DNA of 63,824 nucleotides, filler included, from Octopus bimaculoides (taxonomy: Eukaryota), in NCBI RefSeq assembly GCF_001194135.2. It is 7 parts of 7 records of this genome, joined end to end, with 100 filler letters (N's around TTAATTAATTAA, not from the genome) between each part and the next. Parts side by side here need not be neighbours in the genome. Positions count along the whole stretch, not along the records: positions 1 to 27,902 come from NC_068983.1; 6 more parts are not named here. One strand, given 5' to 3'. The position numbers and the translations under genes were made by a program. Below the pieces are notes generated by a model. The model did no database searches. It had not been told where the DNA came from and was given only the letters and a program-made list of their open reading frames with translations. Positions 1-12,212 of the stretch are shown here, in pieces. How positions within the stretch are numbered: position 1 is the stretch's first letter; each line of letters begins with the position of its first letter.

Positions 1-2262
1 CACACACACACATCCACACACACGCACGCACGCACACACATATACGTTGCATGTATTGGAGTTTCTTACAGCTGTTAAAATGTCTAATTGACGAGGACTG
101 TTGTTTATATCCCCCCTGATTGATGCATCCATCGAATGCATCCATCGAAACATATGTCGATGATATGAAGATATAAATGATTTTATAATATTTTGGGCAT
201 TTGTCTCCATTTTAAACTTTTCCTACACACACAAACACACGGACATACTCACACACACATATGGTATACTGTTCCGTGAAGTTAAAATCAACACAACATA
301 TACTGCATCTGGTGAGAGTTAAATATTGTATGATAAACTGTATATTTTTAGGAGCTACAACTAGTTTCAAGTGATGAAAATGATTCAGTGAATATTTGAT
401 AACAAACAACATTTTATAACACATCAGGTGCAATTTTCAGGACGATAGAATAAGAGAAAATACGAGAAAAGCCGAGAAGGTAGATGGTAAAAGATGGAAG
501 GGTAAAACACTGGAAACCAAATGGAAAAAGCAAAAGCAAAATGACTTGATATTCTACTGTTGGGGAATTGGAAAATACCACTATTGTCTGATTGAGCAAA
601 CTTTGGGCCCCTACGTATTCAATCACTTTACGGTCAAAGGGGATATAACTCAAATTCCACCTCCCTTGTTTCTTTTTCTTTTCGTTTCCCAGTGTTTTCA
701 CTCTTCTATCTTTTACATTTACTTTCTTCTCGCCTTTTTAAAAATGCATTTTCTGTTATTCTATCACCCTGTTTAACTTTTATATGCCATGTGGACAGAG
801 CCTGAAAATTGCATGAAGGCACCTGATGTGTAATAAGATACTGTCTGGTCGTTTTCATCACATGAAAAGTATTAAACAATATACATAAGCGTACATACAT
901 ATATACATATATATATATGCATATACACGGGTTGAAGTAAATAATGGAAGCACATTGTTAAATGAAAGTTTTATTATTCAATACGGAGTCGGTCCACCTT
1001 TGGCACCAGTCATAACTTCGTCCAATAATTCTCGTGCAAGCTCTTTCAACAAATACATATCTTCACCACCTCTCATAGCTCTTCACTATATAGTTTTACA
1101 TATAAACATATGTGTTTATTACTTCCGTTGATAATATATAATACTATTCACACGAGACACCGCACACAATGTCACAATGTTTATCGGAATCTATGAAGTT
1201 CAGTTCCATTCTTCGCTCAGTATTTTTTTTAAATATATTTCCCTCTGTTGAATTTTTAGTGGTTTTGCATGCATTTTAACGCTTCGTTCAAGCGCACCAA
1301 TACTCCAAACAGACTACACTGTATGCAACAAATCAAATTATTATTGAATATTGACGCACATGTCATCTTCATGTCCATTGAACTTTTGATCTACTCACAG
1401 GAATATTGGATTATTCTAGTTTCTGCAGCTTACTAAACAATCGGAGCGCAAATTAACAAAGTGCTATCTTCAAGAATTCTGAAGCGTTTCCAAAAGTAAT
1501 CCTAACCAGTTTTCATTAAAAATACACAGAGCGATAATTAATGAACATTCCGCTGCCTTTTCTGGCTTCTGCCAGTCTTCTACCTAGTGAGTTGGTATAA
1601 TGTCAACACTTACATTGTGGGAGTATTTCTGACTTGATCATATTGTAAATAAAACATTATTCAATATTCAAAAGTAGTCACACCACTTATATATGTGTGT
1701 GAATAAGCGCGCGCACACACACACGCATTTTTGCTCCCCTTTATTTTTTTAAATATCGTATTTCTTCTTTTCCCGCTCTTTTCCTGCCTTTTGTCTGCCT
1801 TCCCCCATCTTTCTCTTTCTCAATATCTCTAATATGATTTTCTTCTGATCTCTACGCCTTCTTATAATCGCTGCTTTACTTCAGCGTTCCCTTCCCCTCT
1901 TCCTCTATTTGTTATCGATGAGCTGCCTTCTTATACACAGTATATACCACTGTTAGGTTTCTGTTTGCATATCTTCCTTCCGGTGATGTGAAGTTTCTAG
2001 CTTGATTTGATTTACTTATCCTACTCGTGTTACTATCAAAGTTTGCATTATCACTATGCGTTGTATTGCTATGTACACCAGTGTGCATAATACACAGCAC
2101 TGCATCGACCGGTCACTGAACTTTTGAAACAGCTGTGAAGATTACTTTTACTCACCGGTCAATTTTTTCTTGTTAATTATATTTATATGTATGTTGCATC
2201 TTTATAGATGACACTTTGCCATATATAATTGTTTGTCCATCTTCTGCCAGCTTATTGTATAA

Positions 2263-2294
<32 letters not shown>

Positions 2295-2616
2295 CTGTGT
2301 GTATGTGTGTGTGCTTCTAGTGGGAAGGTATACTATTGCGTGGCGAGCAAAGTACTTAAATTTGTGGCTGCGACGTATGGTATGATAATATATCTCTGAT
2401 TAGTAATTACTTTGGGTAATTAGTTTTAGAGTCTAAAACAATCTAAAATTTAGACCAATAATCTGTTTTTGGCATTTCATTGGCAAAAGCAACACGGAAA
2501 TACAAAAGATACAAATGAAAAAAACATATCAAAAATAATTTAATGCAAATAAAAATCAAAACTATTAAATATAAAGCAACAGCCCAAAATAAATGAATGG
2601 AAAAAAAAATATACAA

Positions 2617-3037
2617 TGAGTGGCTGTGTGGTAAGTAGCTTGCTTACCAACCACATAGTTCTGGGTTCAGTCCCACTGCGTAGCACCTTGGGGAAGTGTC
2701 TTCTACTATAGCTTCGGGTCGATCAAAGCCTTGTGAGTGGATTTGGTAGACGGAAACTGAAAGAAGCCCATCGTATATATATATATGTATATGTATATAT
2801 ATATATGTGTGTGTGTGTTTGCGTGTCAGTGTTCGTCCCTCCAACATCGCTTGACAACTGATGCTGGTGTGTTTATGTCCCTGTAACTTAGCGGTTCGGC
2901 CAAAGAGACCGATAGAATAAGTACTAGGCTTACATAGAATAAGTCCTGGGGTCGATTTACTTGACTAAAGGCGGTGCTCCAGCATGGCCGCAGTCAAATG
3001 ACTGAAACAAGTAAAAGAGTAAAAGAGTAAAGAGTAA
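2617..3037 (+). mobile_element. tRNA-derived SINE, family A, full length with internal (TA)n(TG)n
   Basis: A-box TGGCTGTGTGG (2621), B-box GGGTTCAGTCCC (2663), body GTCTTCTACTATAGC...GGAAACTGAAAGAAGCCC, 3' GCTCCAGCATGGCCGCAGTC and (AAAAGAGT)n tail; near-identical copies at 33944 and 45551. Confidence 0.92.
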
Positions 3038-3419
3038 TGTAAAATAAGCAGACAACTTATTCAGTCCGTTTTTAAGTACAAACATGCCCCGGGTGGATTT
3101 TCTTTAAAACTTCTTAATTCATTTATTTTCAAACGTCTACCCATCCATATCTTCATTATATCTTCAGAGCACAAGCCAGCAATTATTTGTTTTCGTTGTA
3201 GTACTTCACATTTTGAAACCTACATAATCTCTATTCTTACAGAAAGAAATCTGGGAAAGCCGTCATGCATAACTCGGAATGTCTCATTTTTTTTTCTGTG
3301 AGGATTTGAATCGGTAAAATTAAAATGTGGAATATTACAACATTGAAGATATGTCATGCAAAATACCCAGAACGGCTAAACTCAGCTTCGAATTAGATTC
3401 ATACCCCAAAGCAATAAAT

Positions 3420-4406
3420 GTATGCTTCTTGTTTATGTTTGCTTCGTCAATGATTAATGTTTGGCCCAAGAGATATTACTGGTAAAACAACTAGAAACAG
3501 CTACAAGAGAGGAGTTAGTATTTCGTGTTTGAACAATAGATGGGACACTCTTGTTCGTAGGTTGTTGTCGCAGCTTCATCAGTTTATTGGGAAAGTTATA
3601 CCTAGCATGTTTACAGTGCATTCTATAATCCACAGACAACGCCTGGATGCAGATAAATTTAAGTAGTGGTCTTAACAAATCAATGAGTACTGTTATTATA
3701 GCAATAAATGATATCAAGGCACATTCTCACAATTCCCCGCTGTTTCTATAGCTCTGTATTGAGAGTGATAAAGATTATGAACGTTTGTTATTGCACACAG
3801 GAGTTCGATGTCTGTCAAAGAAACTGCCGGAAAGTTTCTATTTCCATTTTAAAATAGTTGTTGGATTCTTGCAAGACTCTTATTCCGTCCTTTGCAATGA
3901 ACCAGGAAACGTTGCTTATATGACAACAATATTCATAAAGTTCAATAAAGTTAATTTGCAACTGTAAAGAAATGAGATTAAACCTTATCACAGTAAAACT
4001 ATCCTTTTCATGCTGCTGTCCAAGTTACAGCTATTCAAATTTTACATAGGTAGTGCAGTTGTCCAGATTTTTCTAAGCAAAGAAACAGACTCATAATCAT
4101 TGAACGCATAGATCTAAGACAATTTCTTTCAGCCAAATGTCGCGAAGCTGATATCATTGTAAAATATACATCCACCGCATTAAAAATTTGAAAATAACGT
4201 AGTTACAAGTGAGATGTAAATTAAGTTTTTCCTATTGTGAGAACAACAAAATAATGGGTTCATTAGGTTAAGTTTTATTTGTGAAATGCAGTTATTTGAA
4301 ATTGCAGTAGAAAGAGACCTCAGTTTTTGGTGGTGAGGAGATGAGGGCTAGGTGTGTAGCATGGGTGCCAAGAGAGCGTTAGTCCGAAAACGTTCTGGTA
4401 CCAATG
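3420..4406 (+). mobile_element. Decayed hAT (Buster/Charlie-like) transposase with degraded right terminus
   Basis: Frameshifted translation LAQEILLVKQLETATRGELVF..GKVIPSMFTVHSIIHRQ (HCxIHRQ motif)..LNKSMSTVIIAINDIKAH..DYERLLLHTGVRCLSK (HTEVRWLSK motif)..VAYMTTIFIKFNKVNLQL; AAAACGTTCTGGTACCAATG resembles a hAT 3' end. Confidence 0.85.
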
Positions 4407-4565
4407 GTTTAGAGTAGACACTTAAGAATAGTAAAATACATCTTATTGGATTTGTTCGTTTAGACTTCTTTACTTCATTACATGGTGATAGGTCCGTTTC
4501 CGTATAACAATGCTATTATGGAGATAAATGTGACATTCATTCTATAACGAAGTTTTGCAGGGACA

Positions 4566-5084
4566 TACAGGGCATCCAACTTTTATCAGTTTCTCATGAC
4601 GGCAGATCATCTTCTACGGTTGGGTCCTGAGATCCTCCTTCAGCACACGATACATCGATGTTCGGCTTATTTTTTGCAGTGGCAGCCAATTTTTTTTTTT
4701 TTTTTTTCACGCAACGATCTTTTCTCTGGTACTTTTGATAAGCTGAGTGTTTCGCACACTTCTTTTCTGGTCACATCCAGGTCGATCAGTGGTGAAACCA
4801 GTCTCTTGAAATTTCTTGACCGTTTTCCAGACTGTTGTTCGGTTAATTTTAAGCTTTTTTTTTTACTATAGCTGCATTACTTTCACCTCCTTTGTGGAGG
4901 GTTATGATTATATTTTGGTCTATAGCCATTATCTAATTCCTAAATCTGAATATATTTAATCTTAGACAAAAAGAAAACACACTAAGCTTTTATAATAATG
5001 TATAATTTTCATATCTCATCACATTTATTGATAGTAATTAAAGACCGAAACGATGGCTGCCTTAATTTCGGGACACCCTGTGTA
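4566..5084 (-). mobile_element. Internally deleted Tc1/mariner element (N-terminal DNA-binding region only) with both TIR remnants
   Basis: Minus strand LKINRTTVWKTVKKFQETGFTTDRPG..RSVRNTQLIKSTREK..SRTSMYRVLKEDL; termini TACAGGGCATCC (4566) and GGACACCCTGTGTA (5071-5084). Confidence 0.75.
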
Positions 5085-5743
5085 TATCGTGACGTCCTGG
5101 GAAACAGGTTTGATCTGTAGTTACTTCCCTTTAAACTAGACAACTAGACACACATACCAATTATTATGGCATTATACAATTTTGTTAAAAACAGTATGAA
5201 CATACAAGTAATGATAATGAAAGATCATAATTACATTTTTGAGTAAATAACCTATTAATATAACTAATGACCATACATGCATACACATTATTTTGAAATT
5301 ACGTAATTTAGGTAAACAACAATATAATCATAGCAGCAAAGAGCAAAGACAATAAAAACAAACTATAATTACATTTTTGAGTAAATAAAGAATGAATATA
5401 GAATTAAATATCACATATTCTTTCTAAATTCCAGAAGCGCATACTCAAAAAGTATATAAGCTTTACCTGGAAGTAAACTAGAAATAATATCATGCATCGT
5501 CAACAAGCACTTTGAAATTATTTTAATATGCAAACATAGACTTAAAGAATTCAGGTTTAGGCGCTAGGTACGATTACAGTTCTACCCTGGGAAGTTCATG
5601 CAGGGACAGAAGTATGTTTATGTCTGGAAGTGTGCAAAGTCGGTGAGTAATGCGTATGTGTGTGTGTGTGTGTGTATGAGAGTAAATGAGTAAGTATAAT
5701 GACATAGGTGAGAGTAAGGATGTGAGGTCTTGGTGTGTGTGAT

Positions 5744-5794
<51 letters not shown>

Positions 5795-5906
5795 AGAGTA
5801 AGCACATAAATGCGAAACAAGGTGGAAAAAATAGTACTCGAATACCAGAGGAGCGTGAAACTCTGAGTAACAGTTTTTGTGATATTTTTGCTGCATTCTA
5901 ATAAAG

Positions 5907-6730
5907 TATCAGGTTGGTGCAAAAGTAATGTCCAATTTTTAGAAAAAATGTTTCAGAGCGAATTTAGCAATTTTTAAACCTCTTCTGATAATTTTAAGAT
6001 ATTGCTGTGTCTAATTGGTACTGTTTTCTTTCAGATTATCTCATTTCTGGCCATAATTCTCAGAAAATTTTACCACCATGTTTGTCCCATCTAAAGATCA
6101 CATAAAAAATGTTTTAGTCTACGAGTTTCGTAAAGGTGTTAATGCAAGTGCGGCAGCAGGATCTATTCAGAGCACTTTATGGAGATGATGTAGTGAATGA
6201 AAGAAGTTGCAGGAGGTGGTTTTCTGGTTTCCGAAGTGCTGATTTCACTTTGAAAGAAGAGCCAAAAGAGTGTCGTCCAAAAAATTTGATTCCGAAATGT
6301 TGGAAGCTTTTATTTCAGGGAACCCTACCGTAACCACTTGGGAACTTGCAAAACAGTTAAACGTAGCCCATACAACCGTGGTCCTCCAGCTAAAACACAT
6401 TGGAAAGGTTTCAGTGGCTGGAAAATGGGTCTCTCACGAGCTGTCTCCAGAGAATCGACAACAGCGGGCTACTTGTTGTCAATCATTGCATTCAGGACAC
6501 TTTCAAGGAACATTTTTAGACAGGCTTTTTACAGGTGATGAGAAGTGGATTCTTTACCGTAATGCTACCGTTCTTGGATCAGTCGAGGAGGATGGCCAGT
6601 TCAACAATTGAGAGCAGGATTTCATCCAAAGAAGATCATGTTGAGTGTATGGTGGGATATTAAAGGAGTAATCCATTACGAACTGTTGGACAACAACCAA
6701 ACAATTAATGCTAATCTTTACTATGAGTAA
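5907..6730 (+). mobile_element. Mariner transposon, 5' TIR plus 3'-truncated, frameshifted transposase
   Basis: TA+TCAGGTTGGTGCAAAAGTAAT TIR (Hsmar1/MADE1-like); ATG 6078 MFVPSKDHIKNVLVYEFRKG; WVSHEL (WVPHEL motif), FTGDEKWILY (first catalytic D), HPKKIMLSVWWDIKGVIHYELL. Confidence 0.93.
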
Positions 6731-6871
6731 CTTTTATCTAGTGATATGGCTTAACTCCCTGTCAACTCTAGTCGAACACTTGTATGAATGCAGGTAAGCA
6801 TTCCAGCATTAACCAGCCCCGCTCATCTTTTCATTATTCATTTATTGAAGGATAGTGCAGTGCTATTCAAA

Positions 6872-7015
6872 AGATATTTGGCTGTTATTTGTAGTAAAGC
6901 GAAAGACTATCTGTCAAAGTTTTGCGTCGCTGGAGAAACCAAGTTGCCTGTCAATTGCTAAAGATCTGTTGCTGTTGTGATATTTAACTGCTATCTCTAA
7001 CCGGTCGAGAAACCA
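6872..7015 (-). repeat. Two short degraded copies of a small interspersed repeat (third copy at 49261-49306, opposite strand)
   Basis: GATATTTGGCTGTTATTTGTAG and GATATTTAACTGCTATCTCTAACCGGTCGAG resemble the reverse complement of GGTCACTCGATCTTCTAGAAATAGCTCCAAG. Confidence 0.45.
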
Positions 7016-8216
7016 TGTAATTGCATGTATGTTAGACCGTGTCTTAGAAATAGCAGTAAAAGTCAGTAATATTGATAAAGTTGTGCTAAATATAAGAGCT
7101 GTGTTCAGAGCCTGATCGGAATATCAATAACACCGGGATGTATGCATTTCCAGGAATAGAATTTTCCTCACTCCTTTTGGTGGGAACGCAGGATTGTGCC
7201 ATGTTTTGAAGAATTTCTACCATGAATCACTCACTGAGAGAGTGATTCTGTCTTCCATATGCAGCCGAGTGAATAATATTTGCCCTGTCGTAGATTGCTT
7301 TGCCGAACCAATGTTGGTACATTAAGTCGAGGAATAAATACATTTTATTCAGGATGGAAACACACAGCATTCCGTGAAAACGAAAACAGATTATAAATAT
7401 GTGGAGGGCAGAAACACAATATCGACAGTAATATTGAAAAGCAATATGGTATTGGCTATTAATTTATGTATTGTAAATCAATATATAGTACTGCTTCTCA
7501 AAAGCTTTATGAGAAAATCGATAGAATCACACAAACCCTTCTAATAAAGAATGTTTACGCGAATTGCACCCAACATAAACTTGTTTCCCTAAACTATACT
7601 GCAAGCGAGAAATTCTTCATAACATATCTCCTTGCTCATCGAACTGTGCAGTGATCGATTCTTTGTTGTCAGAAATCTAGAAAATTAAATGAATTCATAT
7701 AGCATGTTGATCAAAAGTAATATTAAGAGTTAATCTGAAATAGAATTTCTGTAGAAAGTTAATGTCTCGACGAGGAGGGAAAGCATTAAGAAATTATCAG
7801 AATTTAGTTTTGTAACTAATTTACTCAGCACTTAGCATAATGATAAACTCTATGATTGTCGTATTTAATTAATAATGTAACCCTTATTGTCTCATTTATT
7901 GTGCAATCAACGTTTCATGACGTCACTTGATTCTTGTATTACACTAATGGCCATTGTGACTCAACTGCTAATTAATTATCAATGTATTAACTAATTATTT
8001 CTGTGAAAATTACTGTTACTGTAATTACATAATTGTCACAGTAACAGATATTGTTGTTGGAGTAACTAATTACTACAACACCTCTCATTATCGCTGTGAC
8101 ATAAAGTCATCCCAACAACAATTATCATCAGTGTAATAACTACGCTGTCACAGCTAATTACTTTTGTAACAGATATTGTCACTCACAACTAATTATCATT
8201 CTAATAATTAATTATG

Positions 8217-8436
8217 AGGTTCAAATTTTGGCTCAAGGCCAGCAATTTCGGGGAAGTACTCAGATGGTACTGATTTTAAAGACGCCGAAAGGAAGAAAGG
8301 CAAAGTCGACTTCAGCAGAATCTGAACTCAGAACGTAAGACAGACGAAATGCTGTTAAATATGTTGGCCAACGTTCTAACGATTCGGCCAATTCGGCCAA
8401 TTCGGCCAATTCGGCCAATTCGCTCGCCGCCGCCTC
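8217..8436 (-). mobile_element. tRNA-derived SINE, family B, with internal deletion and 9-bp tandem amplification in the head
   Basis: Plus strand TTCAAATTTTGGCTCAAGGCCAGC..GAAAGGCAAAGTCGAC..TGAACTCAGAACG; (AATTCGGCC)x4.5 at 8382-8422. Confidence 0.85.
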
Positions 8437-8528
8437 ACTGTAATCTATATTATAATCTGCTTGTTCGGTCACCCGTTATACTTTAGTTAGAGAAGTGGAT
8501 GTGGAGCGAGCGGAAGATGGAGTAAAAC

Positions 8529-8673
<145 letters not shown>

Positions 8674-8945
8674 CGGGGAGAAGACTGTGAGTAAAGAAGA
8701 AAGAGGTAGAGAAAGATGTATAATAAGGCCAAATGCATTACGAGGCGAAGAGCGAGAGATAAAGACGGTGAGACAAAGGAGGGAAAGAGAAGTGTTAATG
8801 ACGTGCTGTAGAGTGGGGATGGAAAGGTAAAGGGAAAGAGGTATCTTTAGTGTGTGAGAGAGAAGAGGGGGAAGATAGCGTTAGTATCGTTAGAGTAGAG
8901 ACACATCGACAGCAAGATAAAGTAGATATAAAGAAACAGCTTCAC

Positions 8946-9085
8946 TGAAATGAAATGAAATGAAATGAAATGAAATGAAATGAGCTTTCTAACCGAAAAC
9001 TATAGTGATGCTGCTGCTGCTGATGATGATGATGATGGTAGTGGTGGTGGTGGTGGTGGTGGTGGTGGTGGTGGTGGTGGTGGTG
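8946..9085. repeat. (TGAAA)n plus compound (GCT)(GAT)(GGT)n microsatellites
   Basis: Direct reading. Confidence 0.95.
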
Positions 9086-9789
9086 TGTTTATAGCGAAAA
9101 TATTTTGTTTTATTGAACTAAATATTATTCTTTTACATGTTCGCTCATACTTTACGCTTTGATTTGTTAGAGACAAGGAGGAGGTGAAGTGAGAGAGAAA
9201 AAGAGAGAACGTGATAGTGAGTGAGAGAGCAGATAGCCAGTTGGTGCATTATGCTGTCACTCAAGTGGTTAGTAGAAGTGAGAGGTGAAGAGAAAGAGAG
9301 AAATGTTAAAGATATGAAGAGAGGAATTACATGGTTAAAAAGTTTATGGAAGTAAAGAGAAAGAGAGAAATATAAAGTGCTTCGCATAAAGAAATGTTAT
9401 AATCATATATTATTGTGACTTAATGTGAAATATCGATATATCGACTTTTAATGTAGTTATCTTCCGACCATAAACTGTAGGAACAACGGCCGAAATAGGC
9501 CAAGTGGTCGGGATTGCCGACGTCTGTGTGACGGTGTATATACGGGTATGTGTGGATGTGACTGTGTGTGAGTGTATGCCTATACGAATCCAGTCTTAGG
9601 TTACTAAGTATATCAATCCTTGGTCCACTAGACGTTTTTTGGCTTGTATATATATATATATATATATATATTGTTCTTTATTTCTTTTCTTTTCTCTTCC
9701 CTTTCCTAGTACCATTCCTTTGTCTTAAACCTAATGTAACTTATCCCTCCTTTGTCCATCTCCTGTTCACTTACTCTGCAGAAATTTTT

Positions 9790-10390
9790 TTTTCAGATTT
9801 CGGTGGATATTATTGGTTGAATTCATGTCTATATTTGTATCTTTATGAGTGCATCTTTAGAATCTTCTGCCCAACGTTTCAATATCTTATTACAATCTGT
9901 GAGGTGATTCCTTTCAGTAGAAAGAACAAGAGTGCACCCGCCTTTACATGGACCAAATGCCCATTTCGAATTATGACAAAAAACTTTTCATGTCATGTTT
10001 ATCAGTTGATTCTTGCAGAACTTTAGCCTTTTCTTCTCACTACTGTTGGTTCATTTTTCAGAGTTTAGTTTGAACAGAGTTTTTGTTAGACTTGTAAAGC
10101 ATGTTTTCTTTTCAGCAGTGTTCCTATCTGCAATCTATTCTTTGTGAAATCCGTACATTTCTTGAAGCTGCTCATTTATAACCTCGTCACTTTTCTTAAA
10201 TCAATCTTGATTTTTTTTTTTCCAGCAGAAAAACCCAAGACCTTGTTTGGATGACACATAAATAGTATCTCTAAGTCGACCACATGATAATTCTATATTT
10301 TTCATGATTCTAACATTATGAAACTTTTCATCAAGTTTTTGAGCGAGAATATCCTTGTTGTTATCTACTTTGGATTTTGCATTGGATCCA
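9790..10390 (-). mobile_element. RTE-BovB-like LINE, endonuclease-RT linker segment, inverted relative to the adjacent RT piece
   Basis: Minus strand LRDTIYVSSKQGLGF..KNQD*F..DEVI..SVQTKL..EEKAKVLQESTDKHDMKSF..FGP..LTDCNKILKRWAE matches the BovB-type linker LRDTIY..QDWFDEND..KAEELQ..DRHDMK.F..RWAEHF. Confidence 0.8.
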
Positions 10391-10762
10391 TGTTTGTTGA
10401 AGTGAAAATGGTTATAAAACAACTGGTAAATGCAAAAGCTCCAGGAGAGGATGGTTTCCAAGCGAATGCTAAATGTCATCATACCCAATATAAAGTTATG
10501 AAGTCATCCAATTTTTCAAATGGCAGTCAGTTTCAGCCTTCTCATGTTAAAAATGGTACAAAACAAGATTTTATCTTGGTACCAGTATTATTTGATCTAT
10601 TTTTTACAGTAATGCTGGATTCTGCTTATTCTTATGTAGAAGAGGGTGTGTCTTTTAAAAAAAAGCACAACGGGAGGTATGTTCAACCAGTTTCAAGGCA
10701 AGGGCTAAAGTTGCATCTCAGACAAGAAAAGACTGTTTGCAGATGATTGTGCCCTAGTTGAC
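10391..10762 (+). mobile_element. RTE-BovB-like LINE, RT segment with internal deletions
   Basis: EVKMVIKQLVNAKAPGEDG (pre-RT), VKNGTKQDFILVPVLFDLFFTVML (GxxQG motif region), DDCALV (ADDCAL). Confidence 0.82.
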
Positions 10763-11145
10763 GGTACAGTTGGCTTTTATATGAAAATATTTTGATCACT
10801 GACCTCTGAACTATATTCACAGCTATAATAGAAACAGCTGTAAGACACTTTATACACAAATTCTTAATCCCTTTTTACTGTAATAACTCTGCAATTACAT
10901 ATAAATTCCATTCTCTAAAATGATACCATACGTCTTATCTGTTCGTTGTTTCTTTCTAATATATATTTACCCGCTCAATGAAGAACAACTTATAGCCATT
11001 CATCGCTAGGGGCTACAACACGACTTTTGTTTGAGTCACATTTGAGTTCTGAGGTTTACCAGTAAACCAATCTAAGCACCAACTATGTATGCCTATCACA
11101 TTATGTCATTAGACGCAATTTTAAATTTCATCTGTACTCTCTCTC

Positions 11146-11202
<57 letters not shown>

Positions 11203-11289
11203 TGTAATATAATACATATAAGTGTATGTGTGTGTTCCTATATGTAATGGCTGGAATCATGCTAATTTGCTATGTTCCTGTTCCATGAG

Positions 11290-11470
11290 AAAAATATTTC
11301 GTGATGTTTGTTGCCGTTCTCTATCTTCTGTATTTAAATCGTACTGAAGTCAAGTTTGCCTTTCCTTTCTCCGGGTTTAAAATACCGATCCAGTAGTAAG
11401 CTCGGTGGCATCTGTTGAGCCCCATTCCCTAAAAATTGTTAGCCTTCTGCCCAAATTCGAAACAATTACA
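11290..11470 (+). mobile_element. Degraded SINE family B
   Basis: TTAAATCGTACTGAAGTCAAGTTTGCCTTTCC..GCCTTCTGCCCAAATTCGAAACAATTAC. Confidence 0.6.
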
Positions 11471-11964
11471 CATATTAATACAGATTCACATAAACCTCTC
11501 ACGAGACACTGAAACGTACATCCAGACATACTCACACACATAGAGTAGACGTTTACTTGTTAGCGTCAGCAAAGAAAAAAAATACTCAGTCTAGTTCGAG
11601 AGAGTATCCTTATGCACATGAGTGTGTGTTTTAATTGTGTTTCAGTGAAATGTAGGTATATTTTGTTATTGTTGAACCCCATACCAGTGTAGGTGAATGG
11701 TGTTTCAACCGTCACCACTTTGTCATCTACGAATATACAGGGATCTCACGCGCGCTTTAATATACGTATCATTTATTTGTGTGTTTTGAGAAAGATTTAA
11801 CTAATATTTTTAACATTTTTGTCGACCACATAAGAGTAGTAGTAGTAAGTATTAAGTACCTCTTACTACTACATGTAGTAGTAAGAGGCACTTAGCTTTA
11901 TACGAAGGAATTTAGGGAGTGTAGCGTATGGACATATTTGGTAATGCCATGGTCGACCGCTAGC

Positions 11965-12130
11965 CACTAAAGCTTTTGTAATTCTTTGTTTATTTTCTCT
12001 TATTCCTTTCCGTTGAAGAGCGTAGGCTCGAAACGTAAAAGACTTTCTCACCTTCCCGAGCGTTAAACTAATACACCTGTTTGTTATTTATACACCTGTC
12101 TTCGTCTTTTGTTTTCTGTAAATTCAAACT
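11965..12130 (+). mobile_element. Penelope-like element terminal segment with degenerate hammerhead-like fold
   Basis: CTTT-CCGTTGA-A-GAGC GTAG GCTC-GAA-ACGT-A-AAAG at 12006-12041, followed by a pyrimidine-rich tail into TA/TG repeats. Confidence 0.5.
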
Positions 12131-12155
12131 ATATTTATATGTGTGTGTGTGTGTG

Positions 12156-12212
<57 letters not shown>

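Noticed and set aside
900-1520. Possible Tc1 terminal and transposase remnants
   Set aside because: Only a short GGTCCACCTTTGGC similarity and no convincing protein motif.
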